Positions 12,250-21,136 of a stretch of 64,000 nt of DNA are shown here, in pieces. Made by a program: the position numbers and the translations under genes. Each line of letters starts with the position of its first letter. Positions within the stretch are counted from its first letter, which is position 1. Below the pieces are notes generated by a model. It was not told the origin of the DNA. It saw only the letters and a program-made list of their open reading frames with translations, and made no database searches. The DNA is from an uncultured delta proteobacterium (lineage in GTDB: Bacteria; Myxococcota_A; Polyangia; Polyangiales; Houyiibacteriaceae), in contig CAVOVB010000005.1 of NCBI GenBank assembly GCA_963699755.1, forward strand, positions 96,001-160,000, read 5' to 3'.

Positions 12250-13032
12250 TCAACGGTGCGAGCTGGAGTCTTCGACGCCCGGCATCGGCAAGACGCCGCC
12301 GACCTCGAACAGTTCGCGCGAGAAGCTCGTGCGCGACCGCACGACGGCCGGCCCGGGTTTGAGCTCGACTCGCGCGCGGGTGGCCGTGCAGATCCACTGT
12401 TCGGCGTTGACTGGCTTCTTCGTGCTGAATACCGGCTCGATCAGCCCGAGATTCGCTCCAGCCGCGGGATCCCGCGCCGAGGCGAACCGAAACGCCGCGA
12501 GCCCAGCCGCCCGCATGGCCGCGCCAAGGGGCTGCGAATCACGGTAGCTGCTCGGCGAAGAAATCTGTTCTCGGAACGCGTCAAAGGGCGCCCGCGTCAG
12601 GTCTGCCCCCTTCTTCGTCGAGACGCGAACTTGAAAGACGGTCAGTGGCCGAGTCAGCGGCTCGACATCCGCGTCGGTGCCTTCGAGAAAGAGCAACACA
12701 TAGTACGCCTTCTCCGCGAAGACGGTCGCCTGCGCCTCCGCGCAATAGAAGATGCCACGCTCACGACGCGTGCCGAAGCGCGAGCCATAGCGAAGCGGCG
12801 GATGCCGGAACGGAGTCGCCAACAAATAGTGCAGCCCGATGAAGCGGCGGCCCGATGGCCAAGGCGGCTTCGCCGTGTCGATCAGGGCTTCGAGCACCTG
12901 CTGCTCGTCGTCCGAGTCGACCAGCTTTCGCGTCGAGGTCACATGCTGGGATTCGACCGCGCGCCAAGGAGCGCCAGCTAGCCGCTGCGGCTCAAATCGT
13001 TCCGCGCATTGCGTCCAGATACTCAGCGACAT
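12250..13032 (-). CDS. RES-domain toxin (NAD+ phosphorylase family)
   Basis: WRAVESQ, TPFRHPPLRYGSRFG, FAEKAYY, FASARD (R-E-S residues). Confidence 0.88.
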   Translation of the reverse strand: MSLSIWTQCAERFEPQRLAGAPWRAVESQHVTSTRKLVDSDDEQQVLEALIDTAKPPWPSGRRFIGLHYLLATPFRHPPLRYGSRFGTRRERGIFYCAEAQATVFAEKAYYVLLFLEGTDADVEPLTRPLTVFQVRVSTKKGADLTRAPFDAFREQISSPSSYRDSQPLGAAMRAAGLAAFRFASARDPAAGANLGLIEPVFSTKKPVNAEQWICTATRARVELKPGPAVVRSRTSFSRELFEVGGVLPMPGVEDSSSHR

Positions 13033-13369
13033 CGACCAGCCCCTCGATCTTCTTCATGCGGTCGAGTGGAACGCCCGCGACGTGTCGGTTCTCGGCGTGT
13101 AGCCAAGCCTTCGCATGGGCTTCGTTGCCGCCCACCAGAGCATCGAGGCTTCGAAACACGCGCAGAAACAAGAGCGCCAGCTCTCCCTCCTTGCTGCCAA
13201 GCGGAATAGGCGCGCGCTTCTGATTGCGAATGCGGGACAAGGTCGACTCGCTCGTCCCGATGATCTCCGCGAGCTCGGCAGATGAAAGCCCGAGCGCTTC
13301 GGCAGCGCGAAGCAAGGCCTTGCTCACCACGCTGGCTTCATCGGGGGCGACGGAGGCTGCAACGGACAT
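12992..13369 (-). CDS. Xre/MbcA/ParS-family antitoxin
   Basis: HTH (LAEIIGTSESTLSR) plus C-terminal AKAWLHAEN...PLDRM; lies upstream of and overlaps the RES gene. Confidence 0.88.
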   Translation of the reverse strand: MSVAASVAPDEASVVSKALLRAAEALGLSSAELAEIIGTSESTLSRIRNQKRAPIPLGSKEGELALLFLRVFRSLDALVGGNEAHAKAWLHAENRHVAGVPLDRMKKIEGLVDVAEYLDAMRGTI

Positions 13370-13384
13370 TCCGGTTCCTTTCAA

Positions 13385-13418
13385 TAGCAAGAATAGTGTC
13401 ACTTTCTTGCTAGCGCAA
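13385..13418 (-). promoter_or_regulatory. Sigma70-like promoter of the xre-res operon with overlapping inverted-repeat operator
   Basis: Minus strand TTGCGC-17 nt-TATTCT; inverted repeat TAGCAAGAA (13385-13393) / TTCTTGCTA (13404-13412); AAAGGAA RBS before ATG 13369. Confidence 0.65.
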
Positions 13419-14738
13419 GAGCGGAGGTGGATTGCTTACCGAGAAATCAAGTGATTTCATACAGGTACCAACCGAAACGATCCCTCCCCGGCGCCGCCCA
13501 TCTTTCAACACGAGAGAGGCTGGCATCGAATCGAGCGGCCGCTCCGCCCATGCGAGCAGCGATTCGCTACTCTCGGCGGCGAGAACGAACACGTCGTCTT
13601 CATAGACGACAGCCGTCTGCGCGCGCCCCTCCGTGTCGGCGTTGATCCGGTCGCGGACCAAGCTCGCCGTTTGATCGAAGTGAACTCTCCACACGACCGC
13701 GACCTCCGCGCCGTCGTCGTAGATTCCGAGCTCATCGCCGCGCCAGCTCAACGCCGTCGTCCATGCATCGGCCTCGGACATGCCATTGCGCCGCAAAAAG
13801 CCATACACATACCAGGCGCCAAACCGACCCCCGACCTCGGATGTTTGTCCATCCACTGGGGAAGGATGCACCACGTCTGGGAAATCGATGAGGGGTCGCG
13901 GGCCCAATAGCCCAGACATCACCTCGTAAGACGAGCTGGGTGGCGTTTCAAAAGCAAGCCCACGGCCTGGCAGGCCGTTCGCGTCCGCAACCTCGGTCAT
14001 GTAGATGAAGCCGTACGAATAGGGAAAGTAAGATGCCGTGTCGACCAGGGCTACCTCGGGATCCTCGACGAATTCTTCGAGAGCGACCCGCCTGTCCGCA
14101 TGGATCGCGGCCCAATCGATCTCGCTTGGCTGGTATCCGAGGTTCTCGTAGACCCATGCGTGCTCGGTATAGGTCGCATCTCCCTCGATCACACTTCGGG
14201 CGCCCAGCGCCTCATCGTCGGTATCCACCCCCGCCCAGACCTCGTCGAATCCGAACTGCCGCGCTTGGATCGCATGGGTGAACTCGTGCGCCATCAGGGC
14301 CTGCGCGTCCACTTCCTCGTAGTCTCGATCGACGACCGTGATCATGTCGTCGCGCCCGCTGTAGTACGCCGCGATCTTGTTGATCCGGAATTCGATCTGG
14401 GTCGCTGTCAGACTCTCCGACGCCTCCGGGAGAAAGCCCATCAAGCGAAGGCCACGGGTATACGGGTCTTCACCGGTGAGGTCCTCGAGGGCGACGCTGC
14501 TTCGCACTTCTTGTGCATGTTGCTCGACCGAAATCGTTCGAATCCGCGGACGGTCGAAGCCCCCCGCGCCGAGCATGGACGCCACAGAATCGTAGATCGT
14601 TCGCTGACAATCCCCGTTCGCAATGTCGCAGTAGAGCTCGTACGGAAGGTCGGTGCGAGTGGGGGGCGGCGTATCTTCACCACAGCCAGCCACCCCAAAC
14701 GCCGCAACAATCGCCAAAGCGGCGCAAAGGCGCGTCAT
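13410..14738 (-). CDS. Lipoprotein, putative zinc metallopeptidase
   Basis: Lipobox VAGC after MTRLCAAL; AHEFTHAIQ (HExxH) plus downstream IEGDA. Confidence 0.7.
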   Translation of the reverse strand: MTRLCAALAIVAAFGVAGCGEDTPPPTRTDLPYELYCDIANGDCQRTIYDSVASMLGAGGFDRPRIRTISVEQHAQEVRSSVALEDLTGEDPYTRGLRLMGFLPEASESLTATQIEFRINKIAAYYSGRDDMITVVDRDYEEVDAQALMAHEFTHAIQARQFGFDEVWAGVDTDDEALGARSVIEGDATYTEHAWVYENLGYQPSEIDWAAIHADRRVALEEFVEDPEVALVDTASYFPYSYGFIYMTEVADANGLPGRGLAFETPPSSSYEVMSGLLGPRPLIDFPDVVHPSPVDGQTSEVGGRFGAWYVYGFLRRNGMSEADAWTTALSWRGDELGIYDDGAEVAVVWRVHFDQTASLVRDRINADTEGRAQTAVVYEDDVFVLAAESSESLLAWAERPLDSMPASLVLKDGRRRGGIVSVGTCMKSLDFSVSNPPPLLR

Positions 14739-14799
14739 CGTTGGGCACCGCAGAAGAGGAAGCAGCTCATCCATTCCAGTATGAGGCGCCATCGCCGAA

Positions 14800-15735
14800 T
14801 CACAAAACGATCCGACTCGAAGCGGCGGTTCTCAACGCTTTCATGCGCTCTTCGGAGGGCGGCTCGAGCTGGGCGACGCGGTAATGCCTGCCGAGCTTGG
14901 CGTACTTGGGCTCCCCAAACCCGTGGTAGGGCAGGAGCTCATGGGCAGAAGCGCCGCCCGCCTCCTCGACGAATGCGGCGATTTCCCGAATCTCAGGCTC
15001 CGTGTCGTTGACGCCGGGGATGACCGGCGTCCGCACGACCACCTCGCAGTCGGGGAGCTCCGCGCGCAACCTTCGGAAGTTCTCGAGGATCTTCCTGTTC
15101 GAGACCCCGGTCACCCGTTCGTGCTTCTGCGGATCGATACACTTGATGTCGAAGTAGATGCGATCGGCCAGTGGCGCCGCGTCTCGCAAGGTCTTCCAGT
15201 TGCAGAGCCCCGACGTCTCGATGGCGGTGTCGATGCCACGGCCTCGCGCAGCGGTCAGAAGAGCCAGCACAAACGCACCCTGCGCCAACGGCTCGCCACC
15301 GCTTAGCGTGAGTCCGCCCCCCGACCTCGTGTAGAATGCATCGTCCTCTTCGACGATTCGTATCACTTCGTCTACGCCAACCCAGTCGCCGGATACCTCC
15401 AATGCCTTCGACGGGCAGACGTAGGCGCAGTCACCACAGCCATCGCAGCTATCCCGGTCGATCTGAAGCTCGCCCTTCTCATCCCGGCCGATCGCCCCCT
15501 CCAGACAGACCACGATGCACCGATCGCAGTCCTCGATGCTCACGCAGCGATCCGCTCCGAGCATGAGCTCGGGGGAAGCAGACTGGCCCTCGGGGTTGGA
15601 GCACCAGACGCAGGCGAGCGGGCAGCCTTTGAGAAAAACGATCGTCCGAATGCCGGGGCCATCGTGCAACGAAAACTTCTGGATGTTGAAGACCAGCCCT
15701 TTCGGTTCGCGATCGCGTTGTTCGTTCCGCGTCAT
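14800..15735 (-). CDS. Glycyl-radical enzyme activating enzyme (radical SAM, with ferredoxin insert)
   Basis: HDGPGIRTIVFLKGCPLACVWCSNPE (CxxxCxxC), two extra Cys clusters, SGGEP, LLPYH. Confidence 0.95.
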   Translation of the reverse strand: MTRNEQRDREPKGLVFNIQKFSLHDGPGIRTIVFLKGCPLACVWCSNPEGQSASPELMLGADRCVSIEDCDRCIVVCLEGAIGRDEKGELQIDRDSCDGCGDCAYVCPSKALEVSGDWVGVDEVIRIVEEDDAFYTRSGGGLTLSGGEPLAQGAFVLALLTAARGRGIDTAIETSGLCNWKTLRDAAPLADRIYFDIKCIDPQKHERVTGVSNRKILENFRRLRAELPDCEVVVRTPVIPGVNDTEPEIREIAAFVEEAGGASAHELLPYHGFGEPKYAKLGRHYRVAQLEPPSEERMKALRTAASSRIVL

Positions 15736-15745
15736 CGTTTGCCCG

Positions 15746-18250
15746 CTAGAATTGATGCTCCGTTCTTCGAATGATTTCGTTTTGAAGAGCCGGCGTGAGG
15801 TCGACGAAGTAGGCGCTGTAACCCGCGACCCGCACCAGCAGGTTCCGGTACCTCTCGGGATCGGCTTGCGCCGCAAGCAGCGTGTCCCGATTGATGATGT
15901 TGAACTGAATGTGCCACATCTTCATGTCGCAAGCGGTGCGGATCAAGGCCATCAGCTTCCGAGTCCCCGCCTCTCCCACCAAGGACGCCGGCGAAAGCTT
16001 CATGTTGAGAAGCCGCGCGGCCCTCTCCTTGTACTGCGCGCATTTGGTGCTGCTGATCGACAGAAGCGTGGCGGTGGGCCCTTTCACGTCCACGCCCTGC
16101 GAGGGGCTGATGCTCTCCGAAAGCGGCTGCCTCGCCTTGCGCCCGTCCGGCGTCGCGCTGACCACCGCGCCGAGCGGCACGTGCGAAGTGACCGAAACAT
16201 AGCGCAGATCGAGCTCGCCCCCGAAGGCCGTCCGGTGATGCCGGGCGAGGTTCATGAAACAGGCCTCGATGTCACGGCCGATCTGATCGACCGCGGGATC
16301 GTTGTTGCCGTACTTGGGGGCATTGAGGCAGAGCTGGCGAATCGCCTCCTGCCCCTCGAAGTCCTTGTCGAGTGCTTCGAGGAGCTCGCCCATCGTGAGC
16401 TTGCCTTCTTCGAAGACGAGCGAGCGAATCGCAGCCAAGGAATCGATGACGGTGCCGAAGCCCATCACGTCGAAGAACCCGAGATAAAGGGCGCCTTCGA
16501 TCGGACCCGAGTGAATGTCTTTGCAGCTCGCCATGCAGAGGTCGTGCAACATCGAGAACATCGGCGAAGCGATGTGCTGTGACTTGAGGGTGTCGGACAC
16601 GTACTGCTGAATGAACGTGTGCTGAACGACGTTCTCGACTTGCAGCACGAAGGCATCCCAGAGCTCGTCGAACCCGGTGAACGTCCGCGGGTCGCCGGTG
16701 CGGATCCCGACCAGCCCGTCCCCGAAGCACGCGAGGCGCCCATCGCGGAGCGTCATTTCGAGAATCGCGCCGAGGTTGATCCAGGCGCAGCCGGTCGCCA
16801 CGCCTTCCCGGTTGAGCATCTTGGTTTCGGAGCAGCCTGTGACACAGTAGTCGTTGGCCTCTTCGATGGTGCCGCCCTTGGCGACCAGTAGGGGAATGAT
16901 TTCGTCGTCACAGAAGAGCTTGGGGAAGCCCGAGCCGTCTTTGATGGTTTCGGCAACGGCATGGAGAAAGGCGTTGGGCGTTCGGGCATGAATGCGCGCC
17001 GCGAGGTCCGGGTAGTGCAGTGGAAACTCCCGCTTTGATCGCAGAATCAGATACGAAAGCTCGTTGCTCGCGTCGCGACCGTCGGGCGTGAGGCCTCCGA
17101 TCGTCGTGGCCTCCCAGTGCGCGAAGCCATCGGTCAGCGAGGGCGTCCCGGGCTTCGCGTAGAGGTCCGCGCTCCTGGCCATGCCGATCCAGATCGACTC
17201 CAGCAAGACCAGCGCTTCGTCGTCGGTGAGCCGTCCCTCGTCGATGTCTTTGCGGAAGTAGGGATAGAGGTACTGGTCGATGCGGCCGTTGCCGACCACG
17301 CCGCCGATCGCCTGCTCGAGGCGCGAGACCGTTTGAATGAACCACTGGGACTGCACCGCTTCGCGGAAGCTCCGCGCAGGATGCTCGGGGACTCGTTCGC
17401 AAATGTCGGCGATGTCGAGGAGCTCGCGGCGACGCTCGTCCCGTGACTCTTCGGCAGCCATCGCACGAGCCAGCGCGGCGTACCGATGGGCAAACGCCAC
17501 CATCGCATCGCAAACCAAAAAAACCGCCTCGAGAAACGGCCGCTGCTCGACGTAGGCCGCCGTGTCGATCGGATCCAAGGCTTCGAGTCGCTGCCTGGCT
17601 TCTCGCCGAATCGAGCCAATGCCGCGCTCGAGCACCTTGCCGTAGTCGTGCGCCCAGGCGAGCATCGATCGACCGGCCGCGGTCGGCGTGACGACGAAGA
17701 TCCGCTCCATGAGGCGCCGCGTGTCTTCAGGGAGCGCGTTCATCGTCGCCTTGTGATAAGCGTTGCGCTCCCAGTACGGAAGAATCTCTTCCGTGAGCGC
17801 CGTGACATCGTCCTCGGTGATCGTGATGGGCTCACCGGGCTTGCTCGGCGCGAGCTCGTGCGGGTGCGTGTAGAAACGCCCCGGCCCCACGAGCTCACAA
17901 TAGACCACCGCATAGCGTCCCGGTGGCCCCGCACTGCCGACGAGAAGCTCTTCCTCTTCGATGTGGATTGGATGGTGTTCGAGGATGTGCGCCAAGGCTT
18001 TGCCCCAGCGGAGCACCATCGGCTGCCCCTCCGTCGCCTTCATCGACTCGGTCAAGAGGCGAGCGCGGTCGAGGTTGAGCTGAATCGGCGCGTCGCGAAA
18101 ACCCTCGAGCATTCGCTGAATACGTCCGCGTTTCGATTGCGCGGCATCGCCGACCAGGCCAATCGGCTCGCCGCGTTCGATGCGCGCCTCGTGTGGCGTC
18201 AGCACCCTCGACCCAGCAGCGCTTGGCGTGGATTCAATCGCTTCGAGCAT
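15746..18250 (-). CDS. Glycyl radical enzyme, IslA/HpsG (C-S lyase)-like clade
   Basis: C-terminal LLVRVAGYSAYF glycyl loop; Cys loop TGCSE; AHWEATTIGG and SKREFPLHYPDLAARIH segments recalled from isethionate sulfite-lyase-type GREs. Start ATG 18250 has an AAAGGAG RBS. Confidence 0.9.
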   Translation of the reverse strand: MLEAIESTPSAAGSRVLTPHEARIERGEPIGLVGDAAQSKRGRIQRMLEGFRDAPIQLNLDRARLLTESMKATEGQPMVLRWGKALAHILEHHPIHIEEEELLVGSAGPPGRYAVVYCELVGPGRFYTHPHELAPSKPGEPITITEDDVTALTEEILPYWERNAYHKATMNALPEDTRRLMERIFVVTPTAAGRSMLAWAHDYGKVLERGIGSIRREARQRLEALDPIDTAAYVEQRPFLEAVFLVCDAMVAFAHRYAALARAMAAEESRDERRRELLDIADICERVPEHPARSFREAVQSQWFIQTVSRLEQAIGGVVGNGRIDQYLYPYFRKDIDEGRLTDDEALVLLESIWIGMARSADLYAKPGTPSLTDGFAHWEATTIGGLTPDGRDASNELSYLILRSKREFPLHYPDLAARIHARTPNAFLHAVAETIKDGSGFPKLFCDDEIIPLLVAKGGTIEEANDYCVTGCSETKMLNREGVATGCAWINLGAILEMTLRDGRLACFGDGLVGIRTGDPRTFTGFDELWDAFVLQVENVVQHTFIQQYVSDTLKSQHIASPMFSMLHDLCMASCKDIHSGPIEGALYLGFFDVMGFGTVIDSLAAIRSLVFEEGKLTMGELLEALDKDFEGQEAIRQLCLNAPKYGNNDPAVDQIGRDIEACFMNLARHHRTAFGGELDLRYVSVTSHVPLGAVVSATPDGRKARQPLSESISPSQGVDVKGPTATLLSISSTKCAQYKERAARLLNMKLSPASLVGEAGTRKLMALIRTACDMKMWHIQFNIINRDTLLAAQADPERYRNLLVRVAGYSAYFVDLTPALQNEIIRRTEHQF

Positions 18251-18340
18251 GGGCCGACTCCTTTCGACGCGCGGTCGCTGAGTGTAAGGCGAACGTACGA
18301 GCCAGCTCCAATGCGGGCAATGGCGGAGGCTGACCCGTCG

Positions 18341-19114
18341 ATGTACGATATTGACATCATGCGTGTGAGCTCGTGCATCTTGGTCCCCCGTACACTCCGG
18401 ATTTTCGAACCGCACGTCCATGGCGGCTATGAGGTTCACTACCTGCTTTCGGGGCGCGGCGCCTTCGACCTCGGCGCGGAGACCATCTCCGTCAGACAGG
18501 GTGACTTCTTCTACACCCGCCCTGGCACGATGCACCGAATGGTGATCCCCGACGGGGAGTATCTCCTGCAATACATCGCGATCCTCGAGCTCGACCCCGC
18601 TCACGACGCAAAGCTTGCGGAGGACCTGGAGGCGATCCTCGGCGAAGGTCGGATCCGGCGAGTAGGCGACCGTTACCACGCGCTCTTCGCGCAGATGAGC
18701 CGCCAGGCCTTGTCGATCGATCCCCGCCAACGACGTGCTGCATCCGCCAGGATGGCGGGTTTCCTCTACGACTTGATGGTCGACACGCCGAGCACGAGCG
18801 GAAGTCACCCCGCAGTCGAGCAGGCTCTGGAGTTCATGCGCTCACACGTCGGCGTCGCGTACAAGCTCGATGATCTCTTGGCCGAGGTCGGGCTCGAGAA
18901 GTCTTATTTCATCCGGCTCTTCAAAAAGAACGTGGGTGTCCCGCCGATGAAGTACGCGATGAACCTGAAGATGAGTGCCGCCTCCGACCTGCTTCGCAGC
19001 ACCCGCAACCCCCTTGCCGCAGTTGCCGCGCGCGTCGGCTTCGACGACGAATACCACTTCGCCAAGCGCTTCAAACAATGGAGCGGCACCGCCCCGGGCG
19101 CGCATCGAGGTTGA
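18341..19114 (+). CDS. AraC-family transcriptional regulator with cupin sensor domain
   Basis: PHVHGGYEVHY cupin; YFIRLFKKNVG and VGFDDEYHFAKRFK double HTH; divergent from the GRE. Start uncertain (18311-18359). Confidence 0.9.
   Translation: MYDIDIMRVSSCILVPRTLRIFEPHVHGGYEVHYLLSGRGAFDLGAETISVRQGDFFYTRPGTMHRMVIPDGEYLLQYIAILELDPAHDAKLAEDLEAILGEGRIRRVGDRYHALFAQMSRQALSIDPRQRRAASARMAGFLYDLMVDTPSTSGSHPAVEQALEFMRSHVGVAYKLDDLLAEVGLEKSYFIRLFKKNVGVPPMKYAMNLKMSAASDLLRSTRNPLAAVAARVGFDDEYHFAKRFKQWSGTAPGAHRG
19052..19107 (+). repeat. Direct repeat copy 1 (araC 3' end)
   Basis: 56 bp matching 20236-20291 at 49/56 positions by manual alignment. Confidence 0.9.
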
Positions 19115-19138
19115 GCAGCGAACAGCGCTCTCTCGAGG

Positions 19139-19699
19139 TCAAGCCTTTGCGTCTTTCGATGATCGCTGCTGAGTCGCGGCTTCGATCAACTCGAGCGCCA
19201 TGCGAACTACCTCCGTATCCGAGCGTGCGGGAAGACTGGCACGAAGCCTCGCGAGCCGCAGCACATCGTCGTGCTGAAATCGAAAGCTCTTCAGCACCGA
19301 GGGAGACCGACCTTTGCGGCCGACCTGGGTCACCCATGGAAGATATTGCTCGGGCGGAATCCCGCGAAAGCTCGGTGCCGTCTTGCCATGTCGGATGGCG
19401 TGGATGACTTCAGCCACGTCCTCGGGAAGCTCTTTCGGCAACCGCAATAGCCTCGGCTTCTTCACCAGCACGGCCGGAAGAAGCTCCATGATCCGTGGCT
19501 CCACCGTGCCGGCCCACAATGCGTCGTCGAGGGATACGGGCTGTCGACGCCGAACGATTCCTTCAATGTTGGTTTCGAGGAGGCCATCCTCTACGAACCG
19601 ACCCATCACCCTTTGGAAGCGCGGATCTCGATGCTTGCGGCGTAGCGCTCGAAGCCGCATCCGCGCGCGTGCTTGTAGGTCGCTTTGAATGTGGGTCAT
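19139..19699 (-). CDS. Hypothetical protein with C-terminal ribbon-helix-helix-like motif (putative antitoxin/regulator)
   Basis: ATGA-coupled to the upstream gene; C-terminal LKSFRFQHDDVLRL...SDTEVVRMALE. Confidence 0.6.
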   Translation of the reverse strand: MTHIQSDLQARARMRLRALRRKHRDPRFQRVMGRFVEDGLLETNIEGIVRRRQPVSLDDALWAGTVEPRIMELLPAVLVKKPRLLRLPKELPEDVAEVIHAIRHGKTAPSFRGIPPEQYLPWVTQVGRKGRSPSVLKSFRFQHDDVLRLARLRASLPARSDTEVVRMALELIEAATQQRSSKDAKA

Positions 19700-20178
19700 G
19701 CGAACTGCTCCAGGTCGACACGGTACTTCCGCGCAAGATCGAAGAACCGCTCGCTCGCACCTTTCGCCAAGTACTCGGTGATCAACGCGTCGTTCTTCTG
19801 AGCCGCTTTCAGCGCCTTCGAGATCAATACGGCATCGGGGTCGGCCACGAGAGCCTCCACGTATCTGCCCTCGTAGAGCGGCTCGTATCGGGTCTCGACT
19901 GGCATCCAAACCTCGCGCCCGTGAGGATCGAGAACCTTGCCATTCTCGGCGAGCAAGCGCTCGAGCTCTTGCTGAACGGGCCACTCGTAGTCCGCGTACA
20001 CGTCGAGGTCCTGCGTAACGGTCAAAGCGAGGTCGAGCTGAGCAACCCAGAGCGCCGCCTGACCGAGCACGCGAACCGTGCAGCTCGGGTAACTGCGCGC
20101 CCCCTCGGCCCGAGCCCGGATGTTCTCACGCGCAACCCATTGGTCTAGCGCCTGAAAGATCTGGGCCCAATTGTACAT
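19696..20178 (-). CDS. DUF6036-like nucleotidyltransferase-fold protein
   Basis: VLGQAAL...TQDLDV (G-x-A...T-x-D-x-D), LISKAL...KND. Confidence 0.65.
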   Translation of the reverse strand: MYNWAQIFQALDQWVARENIRARAEGARSYPSCTVRVLGQAALWVAQLDLALTVTQDLDVYADYEWPVQQELERLLAENGKVLDPHGREVWMPVETRYEPLYEGRYVEALVADPDAVLISKALKAAQKNDALITEYLAKGASERFFDLARKYRVDLEQFA

Positions 20179-20184
20179 ATCTTA

Positions 20185-20212
20185 TTTATATATTGTATAT
20201 ACACTTTGTCAA
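20185..20212 (-). promoter_or_regulatory. Sigma70 promoter (probably leaderless) with palindromic operator
   Basis: Minus strand TTGACA-16 nt-TATAAA, then 6 nt to ATG 20178; palindrome TGTATATACA in the spacer; AT-rich island. Confidence 0.7.
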
Positions 20213-20235
20213 CGTCCCTTGGCCGTGAGGAGGGG

Positions 20236-20291
20236 TACCACTTCGCGAAACGCTTCCAGCAGTGGTGCGGCACCGCACCGGGCGCGCATCG
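20236..20291 (+). repeat. Direct repeat copy 2 (orphan araC 3'-end fragment)
   Basis: Encodes YHFAKRFQQWCGTAPGAHR versus YHFAKRFKQWSGTAPGAHR in the intact araC. Confidence 0.9.
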
Positions 20292-20686
20292 GCGCGGGCC
20301 GCATTCGTCGACTCTCGCGCGTTTCGGCGTGCCTACTGAGAGGCGCTCGAGCAGTGGCGTGCTGGGCTACGGAGCGTCGTGTTTCCGCAGGGCACCTGGT
20401 GCATGTGCCGGGTGCACGGCGCGGTGGCCGAAACGTAGGGCGTCCGCTCAATTGGGACTAGCTTGCGCGTCGTCTCGTGCGACGGCTGACAGATGGGTGC
20501 GTTCTGAGTGTGCTTGTGCGACCAGACTCCGAGGCTCGGGCCTTTGGTTGTGCCTTCGCTAGGAGCGGTTGCCGGCGCCTGCACCTCTGCTTGGAGATCG
20601 ACCTCCGGATCAAGCCGCGCTCCGAGCCCTGACCTCCTGTGCTCTCGCGTAGCTCAACTTCGGTGAGGTTGTTAGGCTGTTGGCAG

Positions 20687-21136
20687 CTAAGAACGCAGCC
20701 CGGGGACAACGGGTGACGCGGCGTGCGAGGTGGTTTCGCGCGCAGGCAGCAAGCTCATGCAGCGCACGCGCTGCACGGCTTTTCGCTCTTTGGCGCGGTG
20801 CAAATAGATCGCAGAGGTGACGACGCCGGCAATCGATACGCCCATCAGGATCGAGCCGCTTGCGATCAGGCCTTTTTGGCCTGCGGTCCGTTGCCCATCA
20901 AGATCGAATACACCCGATGCCATGAGCATCGAGCCCCCGATAAATCCTAGCGCGGACACGCTGACTCCGATTGCGGTGGGATAGGTGCGCACCTTGCTAT
21001 CGCAGTGTGTGGGTTGCTGCGCCACGTACTGCACGGCGGCGTGCTCGGGGGTGATGTCTTGTGCCCATGCGGGCAGTGGTGCGCTCAGCGTCGCACAAAG
21101 GAGGGCGAAAAACGCGGGTCGGTTGCGGATTGTCAT
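20687..21136 (-). CDS. Hypothetical exported/membrane protein
   Basis: GAAAGGA RBS, signal peptide ending AWA-Q, two C-terminal hydrophobic helices. Confidence 0.6.
   Translation of the reverse strand: MTIRNRPAFFALLCATLSAPLPAWAQDITPEHAAVQYVAQQPTHCDSKVRTYPTAIGVSVSALGFIGGSMLMASGVFDLDGQRTAGQKGLIASGSILMGVSIAGVVTSAIYLHRAKERKAVQRVRCMSLLPARETTSHAASPVVPGLRS

Noticed and set aside
18251..18360. Possible FNR box for the oxygen-sensitive GRE
   Set aside because: No TTGAT-N4-ATCAA found; only a weak GATGT-N9-ACATC repeat overlapping the probable araC start.
17486..18808. Apparent long overlap of the GRE (1020 aa) and AraC (542 aa) ORFs
   Set aside because: Both extensions are stop-free antisense shadows. 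The real starts are about 18250 (-) and 18341 (+), giving a normal divergent pair.
20646..20690. GCGTAGCTCAACTTCGGT (tRNA-like 5' end) and GCCTAAC just after a stop codon (attC-like)
   Set aside because: No T-arm (GTTCGA) or acceptor stem, no matching distal GTTRRRY box, and no integron integrase in the window.
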